The notes below the pieces were generated by a model. That model was given only the letters and a program-made list of their open reading frames with translations, did no database searches and was not told the DNA's origin. Source: Thermoplasmata archaeon (GTDB lineage Archaea > Thermoplasmatota > Thermoplasmata > Lutacidiplasmatales > UBA184). Taken from it: 64,000 bases of DNA. Location: the NCBI GenBank assembly GCA_052326305.1, contig JBKQPJ010000015.1, forward strand, positions 35,208 to 99,207, given 5' to 3'. The translations under genes were made by a program, and so were the position numbers. Shown here one piece after another: positions 8,478 to 17,193 of this stretch; within the stretch, counting starts at the first letter, position 1; the number at the start of each line of letters is the position of its first letter.

Positions 8478-9637
8478 CGCTCGCCCGCGACCGGTACCGG
8501 ACCGTGGTCGTCGGGGCCGGCATCGTCGGCCTGTTCACCGCCTATCGGCTGGCCCGCGCCGGTGCCGGACCGATCCTGGTCGTCGACCGCGGGTTCCTTT
8601 CGAGCGGCGCCTCCGGACGCAACGGCGGAGGCGTCCGGCAACAGTGGGAGACCCGGTCGACGGTGCGTCTGGCCCGCGAGAGCGTCCGGGACTACCGGGC
8701 CTTCGGACTCGAGTTCGGATACAACCTCTGGTTCCGCCAGGGCGGCTACCTGTTCCTCGCGGAGAGCCCCTCCGAGCTCGCCCGCCTCGGAGCGGTCCAC
8801 GACCTCGTACGGTCCGAGGGGCTCCCCAGCCGGCTCCTCGACCCGGAGGGAGTGGCACGGCTCGTCCCCGGGATGGCCCCGGGCGCGGTCGTCGGGGGCT
8901 CGTACCTCGGCTCGGATGGGACGCTGTACCCGTTCCCGGCGGTCTGGGGCGTCTTTGACGCGGACCGCTCCCTCGGGGTGGAGGTCGCGCTGCGCGTCGA
9001 GGCCCTCGGCGTGACGGCGCGCGACGGGAAGGTCGCGGCCGTCACCACCTCGAAGGGCACGGTAGCGACCGAGTCGGTCGTCAACGCCGCGGGCGGATGG
9101 TCCGGCGACTTCTCCCGTCGGGTCGGCCTCGACGTCCCGAACGTGGCGACCCGACACGAGATCCTGGCGACCGAACCGATGAAGACGTTCCTCGACCCGA
9201 TGGTGGTGCGGCCCCGGGACGGCCTCTACTTCAGCCAGACGCTGCGCGGAGAGCTCGTGGGCGGGCTGACGGTCCCCCATGCGACCGGAACGGCGCGGGG
9301 GGTCCCGAGCTCCCCCCGCTTCCTCACGACGATGGCGCGCGCCCTGGTCGGCCTGATCCCGCGGCTGGGGGCCCTCAACGTGCTCCGGGCCTGGACCGGG
9401 TTCTACGACGATACTCCCGATGGGTTCCCGGTGATCGGGGCGGACCCCCGCCTCCCCGGGTTCGTGCACGCGAACGGGTTCGGCGGCCACGGGTTCATGA
9501 TCGCTCCGGCGGCGAGCCGCCGGGTCGCCGCGGCCGTCCTCGGCGAACCGGTCGACCTCGACCCCGCGGAGTGCGCGCCGTCCCGGTTCCTTGGCTCCGC
9601 CGGCGAACGGCGCGTCGAGCGGCTGCAGCTCGGCTGA
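8474..9637 (+). CDS. FAD-dependent oxidoreductase beta-type subunit (DAO family; sarcosine oxidase beta / proline dehydrogenase beta-like)
   Basis: MTLARDRYRTVVVGAGIVGLFTAYRLA... begins at the ATG at 8474, which is the internal Met of the long ORF 7070..9637. The stop of the upstream gene at 8477 overlaps it. Confidence 0.85.
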   Translation: MTLARDRYRTVVVGAGIVGLFTAYRLARAGAGPILVVDRGFLSSGASGRNGGGVRQQWETRSTVRLARESVRDYRAFGLEFGYNLWFRQGGYLFLAESPSELARLGAVHDLVRSEGLPSRLLDPEGVARLVPGMAPGAVVGGSYLGSDGTLYPFPAVWGVFDADRSLGVEVALRVEALGVTARDGKVAAVTTSKGTVATESVVNAAGGWSGDFSRRVGLDVPNVATRHEILATEPMKTFLDPMVVRPRDGLYFSQTLRGELVGGLTVPHATGTARGVPSSPRFLTTMARALVGLIPRLGALNVLRAWTGFYDDTPDGFPVIGADPRLPGFVHANGFGGHGFMIAPAASRRVAAAVLGEPVDLDPAECAPSRFLGSAGERRVERLQLG

Positions 9638-11021
9638 TCCGAGCGGCCCGCCCGCCACCGTATTGACCCCGTCGCCCGGTCCGGTCCCCGTGATCGGCCG
9701 GCTCCCGTGGGACCCGTTCCCCCCCGGCACGCCCGACCCGAAGGGCCCCGATCCGCTCCAGGCGCTCGTCTACCGCTCGGCGGTCACCGGGGCGGACGCC
9801 TACCGCTCGGTGAGGTTCGCCCTGCGCCGCGAGCACGGGGTGTTGCGCGTGGGGAACCGGTTCGTCGCCGACGGCCGGTACCGGGAGGTCGCGTTCGTCG
9901 CGGCGGGGCACGCGTCGAACTCGATGGCCCTCGCCACCCTCGCGGTCCTCGACGACCGGGTCACGCAAGGGTTCCTGGCCGGTCCGGAACCGGTCTCGGA
10001 GGAGGTCCCCTTCCCGGGGATCCAGCTCCGACCGGGCTGGGGAGGCGACGAGAGCGCCCCCGAGGCCGTGCAGGCCGTCCGGGAGATCGCCGAGCGGCTC
10101 GGGGAGTCCGACCTCCTGATCCTGCTGCTCTCGCCCGGAGCGCTCCGCGCCTTCGGGACACCGCCCCCCGGGATGAGCGCCCCGGAGTTCTCACGGTTCC
10201 TCGAGACCGCGCACACCCGGGGAGCGTCCGGCCGGGAGGTCGGGCTGCTCTCGCGGGTGCTCGGTACGGAAGGCCGGGGGGGCGGCCTCCTTCCCCCCAC
10301 GATGCAGGCGGACGTCGAGACGTTCGTGGTCGAGCGGGGGGACGGGGCGGCGTACGTGGGGGGCGGGCCCACGGTGGCCGTCCGGCCGAACGAGCGGGCC
10401 GAGGCGCGAGCGACGCTCGAGCGGATCGGACTCGGGGACGAGCTCCCGACCGCGGCCCTGGAGGCGTTGCGACCCGACCCTGCCTCCGGACGCGCGCTTC
10501 CGACCTCGGTGCGACGCCCGGTCGTGATCGCGGGACCCCCGGACGCGGTGCGCTCCGCCGCCGACACGACGTTCGACAAGGGGTGGACCGCCCGTCTCGC
10601 CGCGCTCCAGCTGCGCGAACCGCCCGTCGCGGCCGCCGACCGGTTCCTCGACCTCGTCGACGGGATCGTGCGGACCGACCGACCAGGGGCGGATCGCCAC
10701 GCGAAGGGGATCGCGGCGTTCGCGATGCTGACCCTGGACCTTCCCGAAGGGATCGACGAAGGCCCCGCGATGACCGAGTTCCTCGAACGTGCCCGCTTGG
10801 GACTCCGCCGCCGGGAGATGAGCGTCGGACTGTTCCGCACCGCCGGAGCGATCGGCGCCCCCGAACATCCGGCCGGTGCCGTCGTCGGAGCGCCCGCGGA
10901 TCGTTCGGCCCCGGCGGAGCCGAGCGGCTCGCGAGCGCTCCGGATGCAGCCCGGGATCACGGACGTCGGCCTGATCGCGGCCGCCGTCATCCCCCGGCCG
11001 GCCGCCGCGGCGCCGCCGTGA
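9591..11021 (+). CDS. MOFRL-family glycerate kinase-like protein (divergent)
   Basis: 476 aa. It has degenerate versions of the MOFRL signatures (LILLLSPGALRAFG, GGGPTVAV). Start is uncertain because the N-terminal 40 aa are low complexity. Confidence 0.4.
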   Translation: MAPPANGASSGCSSADPSGPPATVLTPSPGPVPVIGRLPWDPFPPGTPDPKGPDPLQALVYRSAVTGADAYRSVRFALRREHGVLRVGNRFVADGRYREVAFVAAGHASNSMALATLAVLDDRVTQGFLAGPEPVSEEVPFPGIQLRPGWGGDESAPEAVQAVREIAERLGESDLLILLLSPGALRAFGTPPPGMSAPEFSRFLETAHTRGASGREVGLLSRVLGTEGRGGGLLPPTMQADVETFVVERGDGAAYVGGGPTVAVRPNERAEARATLERIGLGDELPTAALEALRPDPASGRALPTSVRRPVVIAGPPDAVRSAADTTFDKGWTARLAALQLREPPVAAADRFLDLVDGIVRTDRPGADRHAKGIAAFAMLTLDLPEGIDEGPAMTEFLERARLGLRRREMSVGLFRTAGAIGAPEHPAGAVVGAPADRSAPAEPSGSRALRMQPGITDVGLIAAAVIPRPAAAAPP

Positions 11022-11023
11022 GG

Positions 11024-11626
11024 TCAGCGAAGCCCGCCGGGCCCGGCCCCCTCGTTCTCGGCCGTCTCGAAATGGCGTTTGAGGGCCATGTACTCGGCGA
11101 ACGATATCTGACGGCGGGCCCGGACCGCCCCGGCCTGCTTGAGCGACGCGATCTGGTAGGTCCGCAACAGATCGGCGACGGGGCGCGCCGCCGGCAGCGC
11201 CTGGTCGGAGGCGACGGGCGCCGCGGCGATCGGATGCTCCGGCACGGGCTCCGGGGGGACCGCGGCGGGCGGTCGGTGCTGCTTCGCGAGGTGCTCGATG
11301 AGGCGATCGTGCTCGGCCAGCGTGATCTCTCCGTCCGAGAAGAGGAGGTCGACCAGGTCGCGCCGCCGGGGCCGGTAGGTCTCCACCAGTTCGGTGATGT
11401 CCCTCTCGGGCCGACCGAGCGGGGCCGCCGCCAGAGGCAATCCGAGCACGGCGTCCAGGTCGGCCGCTAGCCGCTCGAGGGCGGCCTTCAGCTCGGCGGG
11501 CGTCGGCCCGCTTCCGTCGGAGATCGGTTCGAAGCGCACGGTGAGCCGCGCGACACCCGCGCCGGACCCCGGCGGTCCGATCGGGCGCTCGACCGACAGT
11601 TCCACCTCACGGCGACGAGCCGCCAC
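11024..11626 (-). CDS. Hypothetical protein
   Basis: 200 aa ORF with non-repetitive composition and no recognisable motif. Confidence 0.4.
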   Translation of the reverse strand: MAARRREVELSVERPIGPPGSGAGVARLTVRFEPISDGSGPTPAELKAALERLAADLDAVLGLPLAAAPLGRPERDITELVETYRPRRRDLVDLLFSDGEITLAEHDRLIEHLAKQHRPPAAVPPEPVPEHPIAAAPVASDQALPAARPVADLLRTYQIASLKQAGAVRARRQISFAEYMALKRHFETAENEGAGPGGLR

Positions 11627-11735
11627 GGCGCCGGATGGGCTCGGCGGGAGAAAACGTACGCCGAACCGGGCGGTCCGCGACGCCCGGTAGACGGCGCATC
11701 GAAGTTACTGTGTTTCACCTGATATAGGGCAGTAA

Positions 11736-11743
11736 CTATAAAT
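11736..11743 (+). promoter_or_regulatory. TATA box (CTATAAAT) for the HxlR-type regulator
   Basis: It sits about 30 bp upstream of the ATG at 11772. Confidence 0.5.
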
Positions 11744-11771
11744 CCGCTCGCGGCGTTCCACCCTCGGAGCG

Positions 11772-12260
11772 ATGGCGATGGAGAGCGACCGGGGTCGGCG
11801 GCCCGCTGGCCCGGGCATGGAGGGTTCCGGGAGCTGCGACGAACGCGAAGGCGAGGCGATCTGCCCCGTACTCGCGGCGGTCGGGGTCATCGGCACGGAG
11901 TGGCGCCTCGCGATCGTGCACCGACTGCTCGAGGGTCCCCAGCGGTTCAGCGAGATCCTGAAGTCGAACCCCCGCCTCAATGCGAAGACGCTCAGTGCGA
12001 CGCTCAAATTCCTCGAGAGCCAAGGGGTCGTGCAGCGCACCGTTGTGAGCACCCGGCCGTTCTCGGTCGTCTACTCGCTCACGGAGATGGGGCTCGGGCT
12101 CGCCCCGGCGGCCCGGGAGCTCCGTCAGTGGGGAGAGCGTTGGCTCCTGCCGCGGCGGGCCGCGGCCCGCGCGGGGACGCCCGCCCGGCGGACCCCGGTG
12201 ATCCAAGGGGAGCTCCCCCGTATCGTCGTCGCCGAGACCGAGGGACGCGGGAAGCGCTGA
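11772..12260 (+). CDS. HxlR-family winged-helix transcriptional regulator
   Basis: The CPVLAAVGVIGTEWRLAIVHRLLEGPQRFSEI signature matches HxlR/DUF24. Confidence 0.8.
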   Translation: MAMESDRGRRPAGPGMEGSGSCDEREGEAICPVLAAVGVIGTEWRLAIVHRLLEGPQRFSEILKSNPRLNAKTLSATLKFLESQGVVQRTVVSTRPFSVVYSLTEMGLGLAPAARELRQWGERWLLPRRAAARAGTPARRTPVIQGELPRIVVAETEGRGKR

Positions 12261-12967
12261 CGGAGCGGCCGGGTCCCTCCGGCGCGATACGGTACTCCCT
12301 CCTGACCGTTTCAGGACCTCCCGTTCCGGGCCTCATATAGCCGGGACGGCGTCTTCTCCTTGCAGCCACCCCAGGAAAGGTATCCCCTACATCGCCCAAA
12401 GGAGACAGCACCGTGTCTCGGGCGTGCGGGGACCCTTTCCGTCCCTATCGATCTCGGCCCTACGTTCCATCGTTCAAGAGGGGCGCAACGAGCATCGGCC
12501 ACGACCGGGGTGAAAGGGCGACCTCGATGAACCGCCCACGACCGTCCGACCCGCCCCAGCGTCCGCCCGACCCCCAGGTCCGGCTCCGCGCTTCGACGGA
12601 ACCCGACGATCGAACCCTTCCGCCATCCCCGCCCGGACCCCGCGATCCCCGCGGACTCGCCGTCCGCCCCCGGATCCCCGGGACCGACATTACGGCCGAC
12701 TAGTCTCCGCCCCCGATCCGACCCCTCGGGTCCTCGTGCGGACGCTCGGTCGGCCCGGCGGGATCCCTTGCCCCACCCCGCGCCGAGTCCAGCCACCGGG
12801 TGGGACCGCGTCGGCTCGAGACGGGGGTCGACGGGCGGTGTGCTCGAGGTTGGAGTACCTGAGAAGATGGGAACACGACCGAGCGCGTCCTCGCGACCCC
12901 AGACCGACCGCCCCCAACCCGTTCCTCGCCGAACGCTGCCGTCGGCCCGCCCCCGAGGGTCACCGCC

Positions 12968-15589
12968 ATGACGCTCGAGGAGGCCGCCACCCTCCGTTGC
13001 CAAGGCCCCGAACCGCTGCGACGCCGCCTCTACCGGGCGCTGGCGCGGGCGCTCGAGGCGAGCCGGTCCACCGCCGTGGTCGCCTTCCTGACCACGTTGG
13101 AGACCCCCGAGCCGTGGGTCGTGGTTCGTCCCCGTGCCCTCGTCGACGTCGTCCGGTCGGAACCGGTGCTCGAGGCGGCCTGGAGCCCGGCCCGCGCCCC
13201 GTCGATCCTACCGCCGGCGAGTTGGTTCGGCCGGCTCGCGACCGGCGTTCCGCATCGGGGTAGCTTTGTACGTACCGACGCGGACCCGATCGACGTCCCT
13301 CTTGCCGGGCCGCTCGTAGGGCCCACGGGCTGGCTCGCCATCCAAACGTTCTGGGTCGGAGGGAACGGTGGAGGACCCTGGGTGGCCCGACGCTGGTGGT
13401 TCGCCGCCCCCTCGCGCCGACAATCGGCCGACCGCCTCGAAGCGGTCTCCACGGCGGTCGCCCACACCTGGGGCCTCGCGACGGGGCGGCCCGCGCGCCC
13501 GACCCGGCTCCGCCCCGGGGCGCGTCGCGACTGGGTCCGCCTTGGAACCGGTTCGTTCCCCCGACTCGCCTGGATCCCCATCGCCCCCGACCGAATCGAC
13601 GGCACCCCGGAGCCCCGATGGGCCCCGAACGCGCGGTTCGTTCCGGCCCGGGCGGGACACGCGGTCGTGCTCGGGGCGTCGGGCGCCGGGAAGACCTGGT
13701 TCCTCGCGGACCGGGCCGCCCACGCGATCGCGCGGGGAGAGCCGGTCGTCGCGCTCGATCTGCACGGAGACCTCACCCCCTCCATCGTCGCCCGTCTCGA
13801 CCCGGGGGCTCGCTCCCGAGCCGTATGCCTCGATCTGTCGGACCGGCCCGTGCCCGGTATCGCGGCGATCGCCCCGGGGGCCTCCCCCGAACGAGCGGCG
13901 GCCCATCTCGTCGCCGCCCTCAAGCGGTTGACCCCCGACGGCTCCGAGGTCTACTGGGGTTTCCGGCTCGAACGGATCTTCGATTCGTTCGTCCGGCTGG
14001 TCCAAGAGTCGGGGGGCTCGTTGCTCGACCTGCACGCGCTGCTCACGGACCCGGACCTCCGGGACGCGGCTCGGCTGGCCACGCGCGAGCCCGACCTCGC
14101 ACGGTTTCTCGAGGAACTTGGTCCGATCGTACGGCGGACCCCCGATTTCCTGTGGGCGGCGACGGCCCGGCTGGCGAAGGTCGCCGCGATCCCTTCGCTC
14201 GCCGAGCTCTTGGCCCCGGGGGACGGGGGCTTACCGGTCGAGGAGCTCCTGGGGGCCGGGCGCCCGCTCCTCGTCCGGATCCCGCTGGCGCTGCTCGGCC
14301 CGGAGGCGGCCGCGTTCGCCGGGACCCTCGTTCTGGCCCGGATCTACCTCGGGGTGGCCGCGGGGAGGTCGGAGGGCGTACGTCGACCGCCCGCCACGGT
14401 GGTCCTCGACGAGGTCCAGTGCCTCTCTCCCCGGTTGGTCGCGGAGATGCTCGCCGACGGGAGGAAGTTTGGGTTCCGACTCCTCGTCGCGACCCAGTTC
14501 CCCGAGCGGCTGGCCCCCGACCTCCGGTCGGCCGTCGCCGGGGTGGTGCGGGACTTCGTCGCGTTCCGGATCCCCCGACCGAGCGTGGCGGTCGCCGGGG
14601 AATGGCTCGGACTGACCCCCGCCGATTCCGAACGCTGGCTGACCGACCTGCCGGCAGGGCACGGGCTCGCAAGGAATCCGGACGTGCCGGCGATCCAGCC
14701 GATCGGTCCGGTCCCGGGGTCGGCCCTCCCGGAAGAGGAGACCTGGGCGCAGGCGGTGCGCGCCACGCGCGAGGAGTTCGGTCCGTCCGCCTCGAGCGAC
14801 CTCGGCCCGGTGCCGGACGACCCCGCGAGCGAGCGGCTGCTGCTCGCCATCCTCGCCGCGGAAGAGCAGTCGCGGCCCCTCGGCGTGGCCGAGCTCGTCG
14901 GCGCGGCCGGGCGCCTTCCGGGCCCGGCGATCGACGGCGCGTTGTTGTCCGACCGCATCCTCCCGCTCGAGCGTCGCGGCTATTTCCGGCGGGCCGGGGA
15001 CGGCGTACGGCTCACTCCCGCGGGAGAACGGCGCCTCGGCCTGGGCGCTCCGTCCGGCGCTACCCGGGAGAGCGACGAGCATCGGGCCCTCGTCCTCCGA
15101 GCGTTCCGACTGTTCGCGCGCCGGGGGCACCTCCTCGAGGTCGTCCGCCAGGGTCGGTACGACACCCGGCTCCCCGACGCGTTCTACCGCCAGATTCCCG
15201 AACGCGTGCGGGTCGGCCCCCCGGGGGAGCTGGCCGAGACCCTGGACCGGGTCCGGGAGGGATGGGCCTGGCGATTCTTCCGCGGACGCGATGTCCACGT
15301 CGAGGCGGAGGTCTCGGGCGCGCTCCGGCCCGCCCGGATACGCCACGGTCTGGCCAAGGCCCAAGCCCGTCGCGCGTTCGCGCTCTTTCTCGTGACCGAC
15401 GGTCGTCGGGCGGCCCGGGTCCGCGCCACCTTGCGCGGGCTCGGGATCGGCATCGACCGGGCCCAGGTGTGGACCTTGGCCCCCCCCGGAGCCGGCGGCC
15501 CGTCCGGGAGCCCCCGGGACCCCGACCGGTTCGCCCGAGAGACCGCCCACCGGACCGCCGTAGCGGCCCCACCCGTGGATGCATCGTAA
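12968..15589 (+). CDS. Large P-loop NTPase of the FtsK/HerA/TraD (DUF87-like) type with a C-terminal winged-helix-like region
   Basis: 873 aa. Walker A VVLGASGAGKTWFL, Walker B VVLDEVQ, and an FtsK-like LLVATQFPERL motif are present. Confidence 0.7.
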   Translation: MTLEEAATLRCQGPEPLRRRLYRALARALEASRSTAVVAFLTTLETPEPWVVVRPRALVDVVRSEPVLEAAWSPARAPSILPPASWFGRLATGVPHRGSFVRTDADPIDVPLAGPLVGPTGWLAIQTFWVGGNGGGPWVARRWWFAAPSRRQSADRLEAVSTAVAHTWGLATGRPARPTRLRPGARRDWVRLGTGSFPRLAWIPIAPDRIDGTPEPRWAPNARFVPARAGHAVVLGASGAGKTWFLADRAAHAIARGEPVVALDLHGDLTPSIVARLDPGARSRAVCLDLSDRPVPGIAAIAPGASPERAAAHLVAALKRLTPDGSEVYWGFRLERIFDSFVRLVQESGGSLLDLHALLTDPDLRDAARLATREPDLARFLEELGPIVRRTPDFLWAATARLAKVAAIPSLAELLAPGDGGLPVEELLGAGRPLLVRIPLALLGPEAAAFAGTLVLARIYLGVAAGRSEGVRRPPATVVLDEVQCLSPRLVAEMLADGRKFGFRLLVATQFPERLAPDLRSAVAGVVRDFVAFRIPRPSVAVAGEWLGLTPADSERWLTDLPAGHGLARNPDVPAIQPIGPVPGSALPEEETWAQAVRATREEFGPSASSDLGPVPDDPASERLLLAILAAEEQSRPLGVAELVGAAGRLPGPAIDGALLSDRILPLERRGYFRRAGDGVRLTPAGERRLGLGAPSGATRESDEHRALVLRAFRLFARRGHLLEVVRQGRYDTRLPDAFYRQIPERVRVGPPGELAETLDRVREGWAWRFFRGRDVHVEAEVSGALRPARIRHGLAKAQARRAFALFLVTDGRRAARVRATLRGLGIGIDRAQVWTLAPPGAGGPSGSPRDPDRFARETAHRTAVAAPPVDAS

Positions 15590-15616
15590 ATCTGGGCCCT
15601 CTCTCACCGGCGCGGC

Positions 15617-16198
15617 ATGCGCGCGTTCGTCGCGGTCGAGGTCCCGCCGATCGGAGGGCCCGCCGAAGGCGGCGGTTCGGCCCCGGAGCACCTCACCCTC
15701 CTCTTCCTGGGCGAGGTGCGCGCGGAACGGGTCGGCCCGATCACCGAGCGTCTCGAGGAGGTGGCCCGGGGCCACGCTCCGTTCGACGTGCGGATCGAGG
15801 GGGTCGGCGCCTTCCCGTCGGCCGACGCCCCGCGCGTGCTCTGGATCGGGTCGACCCTCGGAACGGCGGAGCTCATCGGTCTCGCCGGGAAGGTCCGGGA
15901 GGCCCTGCGGGGGGAAGGGACCGCGACCCCGGAGCAAACGTTCGTTCCCCACGTCACCTGGTTTCGCGTGCGGTCGGCGGAGAGCCGGCGGGCGGCGGTC
16001 GATCTGCTCCGGGGCCGGCGACCCGTTCCGCCCCCGCGGCAGACCCGGATCGAGGAGTTCGTGCTGAAGGAGAGCCTCCTCAGCGCTCGAGGCGCGGTTC
16101 ACCGGACGGTCGCGGTCTTCCGCCTCGGGGGCCGGGGCTCCCCGGACGACATCGCCGATCCGCTGGCCCGGTCCTCGACGAGCTTCCGCCAGAGATAG
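15617..16198 (+). CDS. thpR: RNA 2',3'-cyclic phosphodiesterase / 2'-5' RNA ligase (LigT/ThpR family)
   Basis: It has the two H-x-T/S-x motifs, HLTLLFLG and HVTWFRV. It lies 27 bp downstream of the ATPase. Its 3' end overlaps the convergent AlkA gene by about 100 bp. Confidence 0.8.
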   Translation: MRAFVAVEVPPIGGPAEGGGSAPEHLTLLFLGEVRAERVGPITERLEEVARGHAPFDVRIEGVGAFPSADAPRVLWIGSTLGTAELIGLAGKVREALRGEGTATPEQTFVPHVTWFRVRSAESRRAAVDLLRGRRPVPPPRQTRIEEFVLKESLLSARGAVHRTVAVFRLGGRGSPDDIADPLARSSTSFRQR

Positions 16199-17055
16199 AG
16201 CGTGGCGTAACTCCCCCAGCCCGGGTAGTTCCGATCGGCCCAGGCCCGGGCCGCCTCCTCGGGGGCGGCGCGCGGCACGGCCCCGAACCGGTCCAGGGCG
16301 ACGCGCAGCCCGAGGTCCCCGGCGACGAAGACGTCCCGCCGGCCGACCCCGCGCAGCAGCGCGTTCTCCGCGGTCCAGCGCCCGACCCCGTCCAGCTGTT
16401 CCAGCAAGGCGCGCGCCGGGCCGAGCGGCAGACCCGCCAGGCGCGCGGCCGGGGGCGGTCGGCGCGAGGCCCAGGCGGCGAGACCGAGCAGGGCGCGCGA
16501 TTTGGCGGCGCTCAGCCCGACCGCGCGGAGCACCGGCGCTCCCGCCGCGAGGAGGCGGGACGGGGGCGGGACCCAGGGGACCGAGATCCCGTCCGCCTCG
16601 AGCCATCCGTCGAGGCGGGCCAACAGCCGGGCCTTGATCGCGTTCGCCGCGGCCACGGAGAGTTGCTGGCCGACGATCGCATGGAGCAGCGCCTCGTACA
16701 GGTTCGCATCCCGGGGGATGCGAAGACCTCGGAACGAACGTTCCGTGCCCCGAAGTGCCGGCTCCGCGCGCGTGAGGCGGTAGAACTCCTCGATCGGATG
16801 ATCGAGGGAGAATAGGGCGCGGGCTCCCGCCCGAGCCTCGGCCGGTCCGGCGCCCCAGGCCTCGACCCGCCAACGTCGTCCGTCGATCTCCACCCCGAGG
16901 ATCCAGGGCCGTTCGGGCGGGCCCCACGCGCGCAGCAACCGGCGACCGTCCTCCGCGAACACGAGCGCCCGCGAGGAGTACTCCAGCTGGGCGCGTTCTC
17001 CCGGAAGGGAGGAGAGCCGCGGGGGAGCGAGCGACGTCCGGACCGGTCGAGACAC
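16099..17055 (-). CDS. HhH-GPD superfamily DNA glycosylase (AlkA / 3-methyladenine glycosylase II-like)
   Basis: Contains LDGVGRWTAENALL (HhH-GPD) and a catalytic Asp region. GTG start. Confidence 0.8.
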   Translation of the reverse strand: MSRPVRTSLAPPRLSSLPGERAQLEYSSRALVFAEDGRRLLRAWGPPERPWILGVEIDGRRWRVEAWGAGPAEARAGARALFSLDHPIEEFYRLTRAEPALRGTERSFRGLRIPRDANLYEALLHAIVGQQLSVAAANAIKARLLARLDGWLEADGISVPWVPPPSRLLAAGAPVLRAVGLSAAKSRALLGLAAWASRRPPPAARLAGLPLGPARALLEQLDGVGRWTAENALLRGVGRRDVFVAGDLGLRVALDRFGAVPRAAPEEAARAWADRNYPGWGSYATLYLWRKLVEDRASGSAMSSGEPRPPRRKTATVR

Positions 17056-17193
17056 GTCCGATCGACCGGCACGCCGCTATGAGGAGATTGCGGGGGTCAT
17101 CGTTCAACGGCCCTCCGCCGTCAGGGAACGGTTAAACGTCCCGGGCCCGTTCGAGTCCGACCCGCGCCCGTCCCGGGGGTCCAGGCGGAGAGG

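Noticed and set aside
12413-12703. 96 aa Pro/Arg-rich ORF with a perfect AAGGAG 9 nt upstream of a GTG.
   Set aside because: It is low-complexity, Pro-rich, and shows no fold-like pattern. This is probably chance in a GC-rich spacer. I mention it under the ATPase finding.
16099-16198. A 100 bp overlap between the thpR 3' end and the alkA 3' end, as possible evidence against one of the genes.
   Set aside because: Both products carry complete family signatures. Convergent overlaps of this size occur in compact GC-rich genomes. The thpR C-terminal 30 aa may, however, be non-native.
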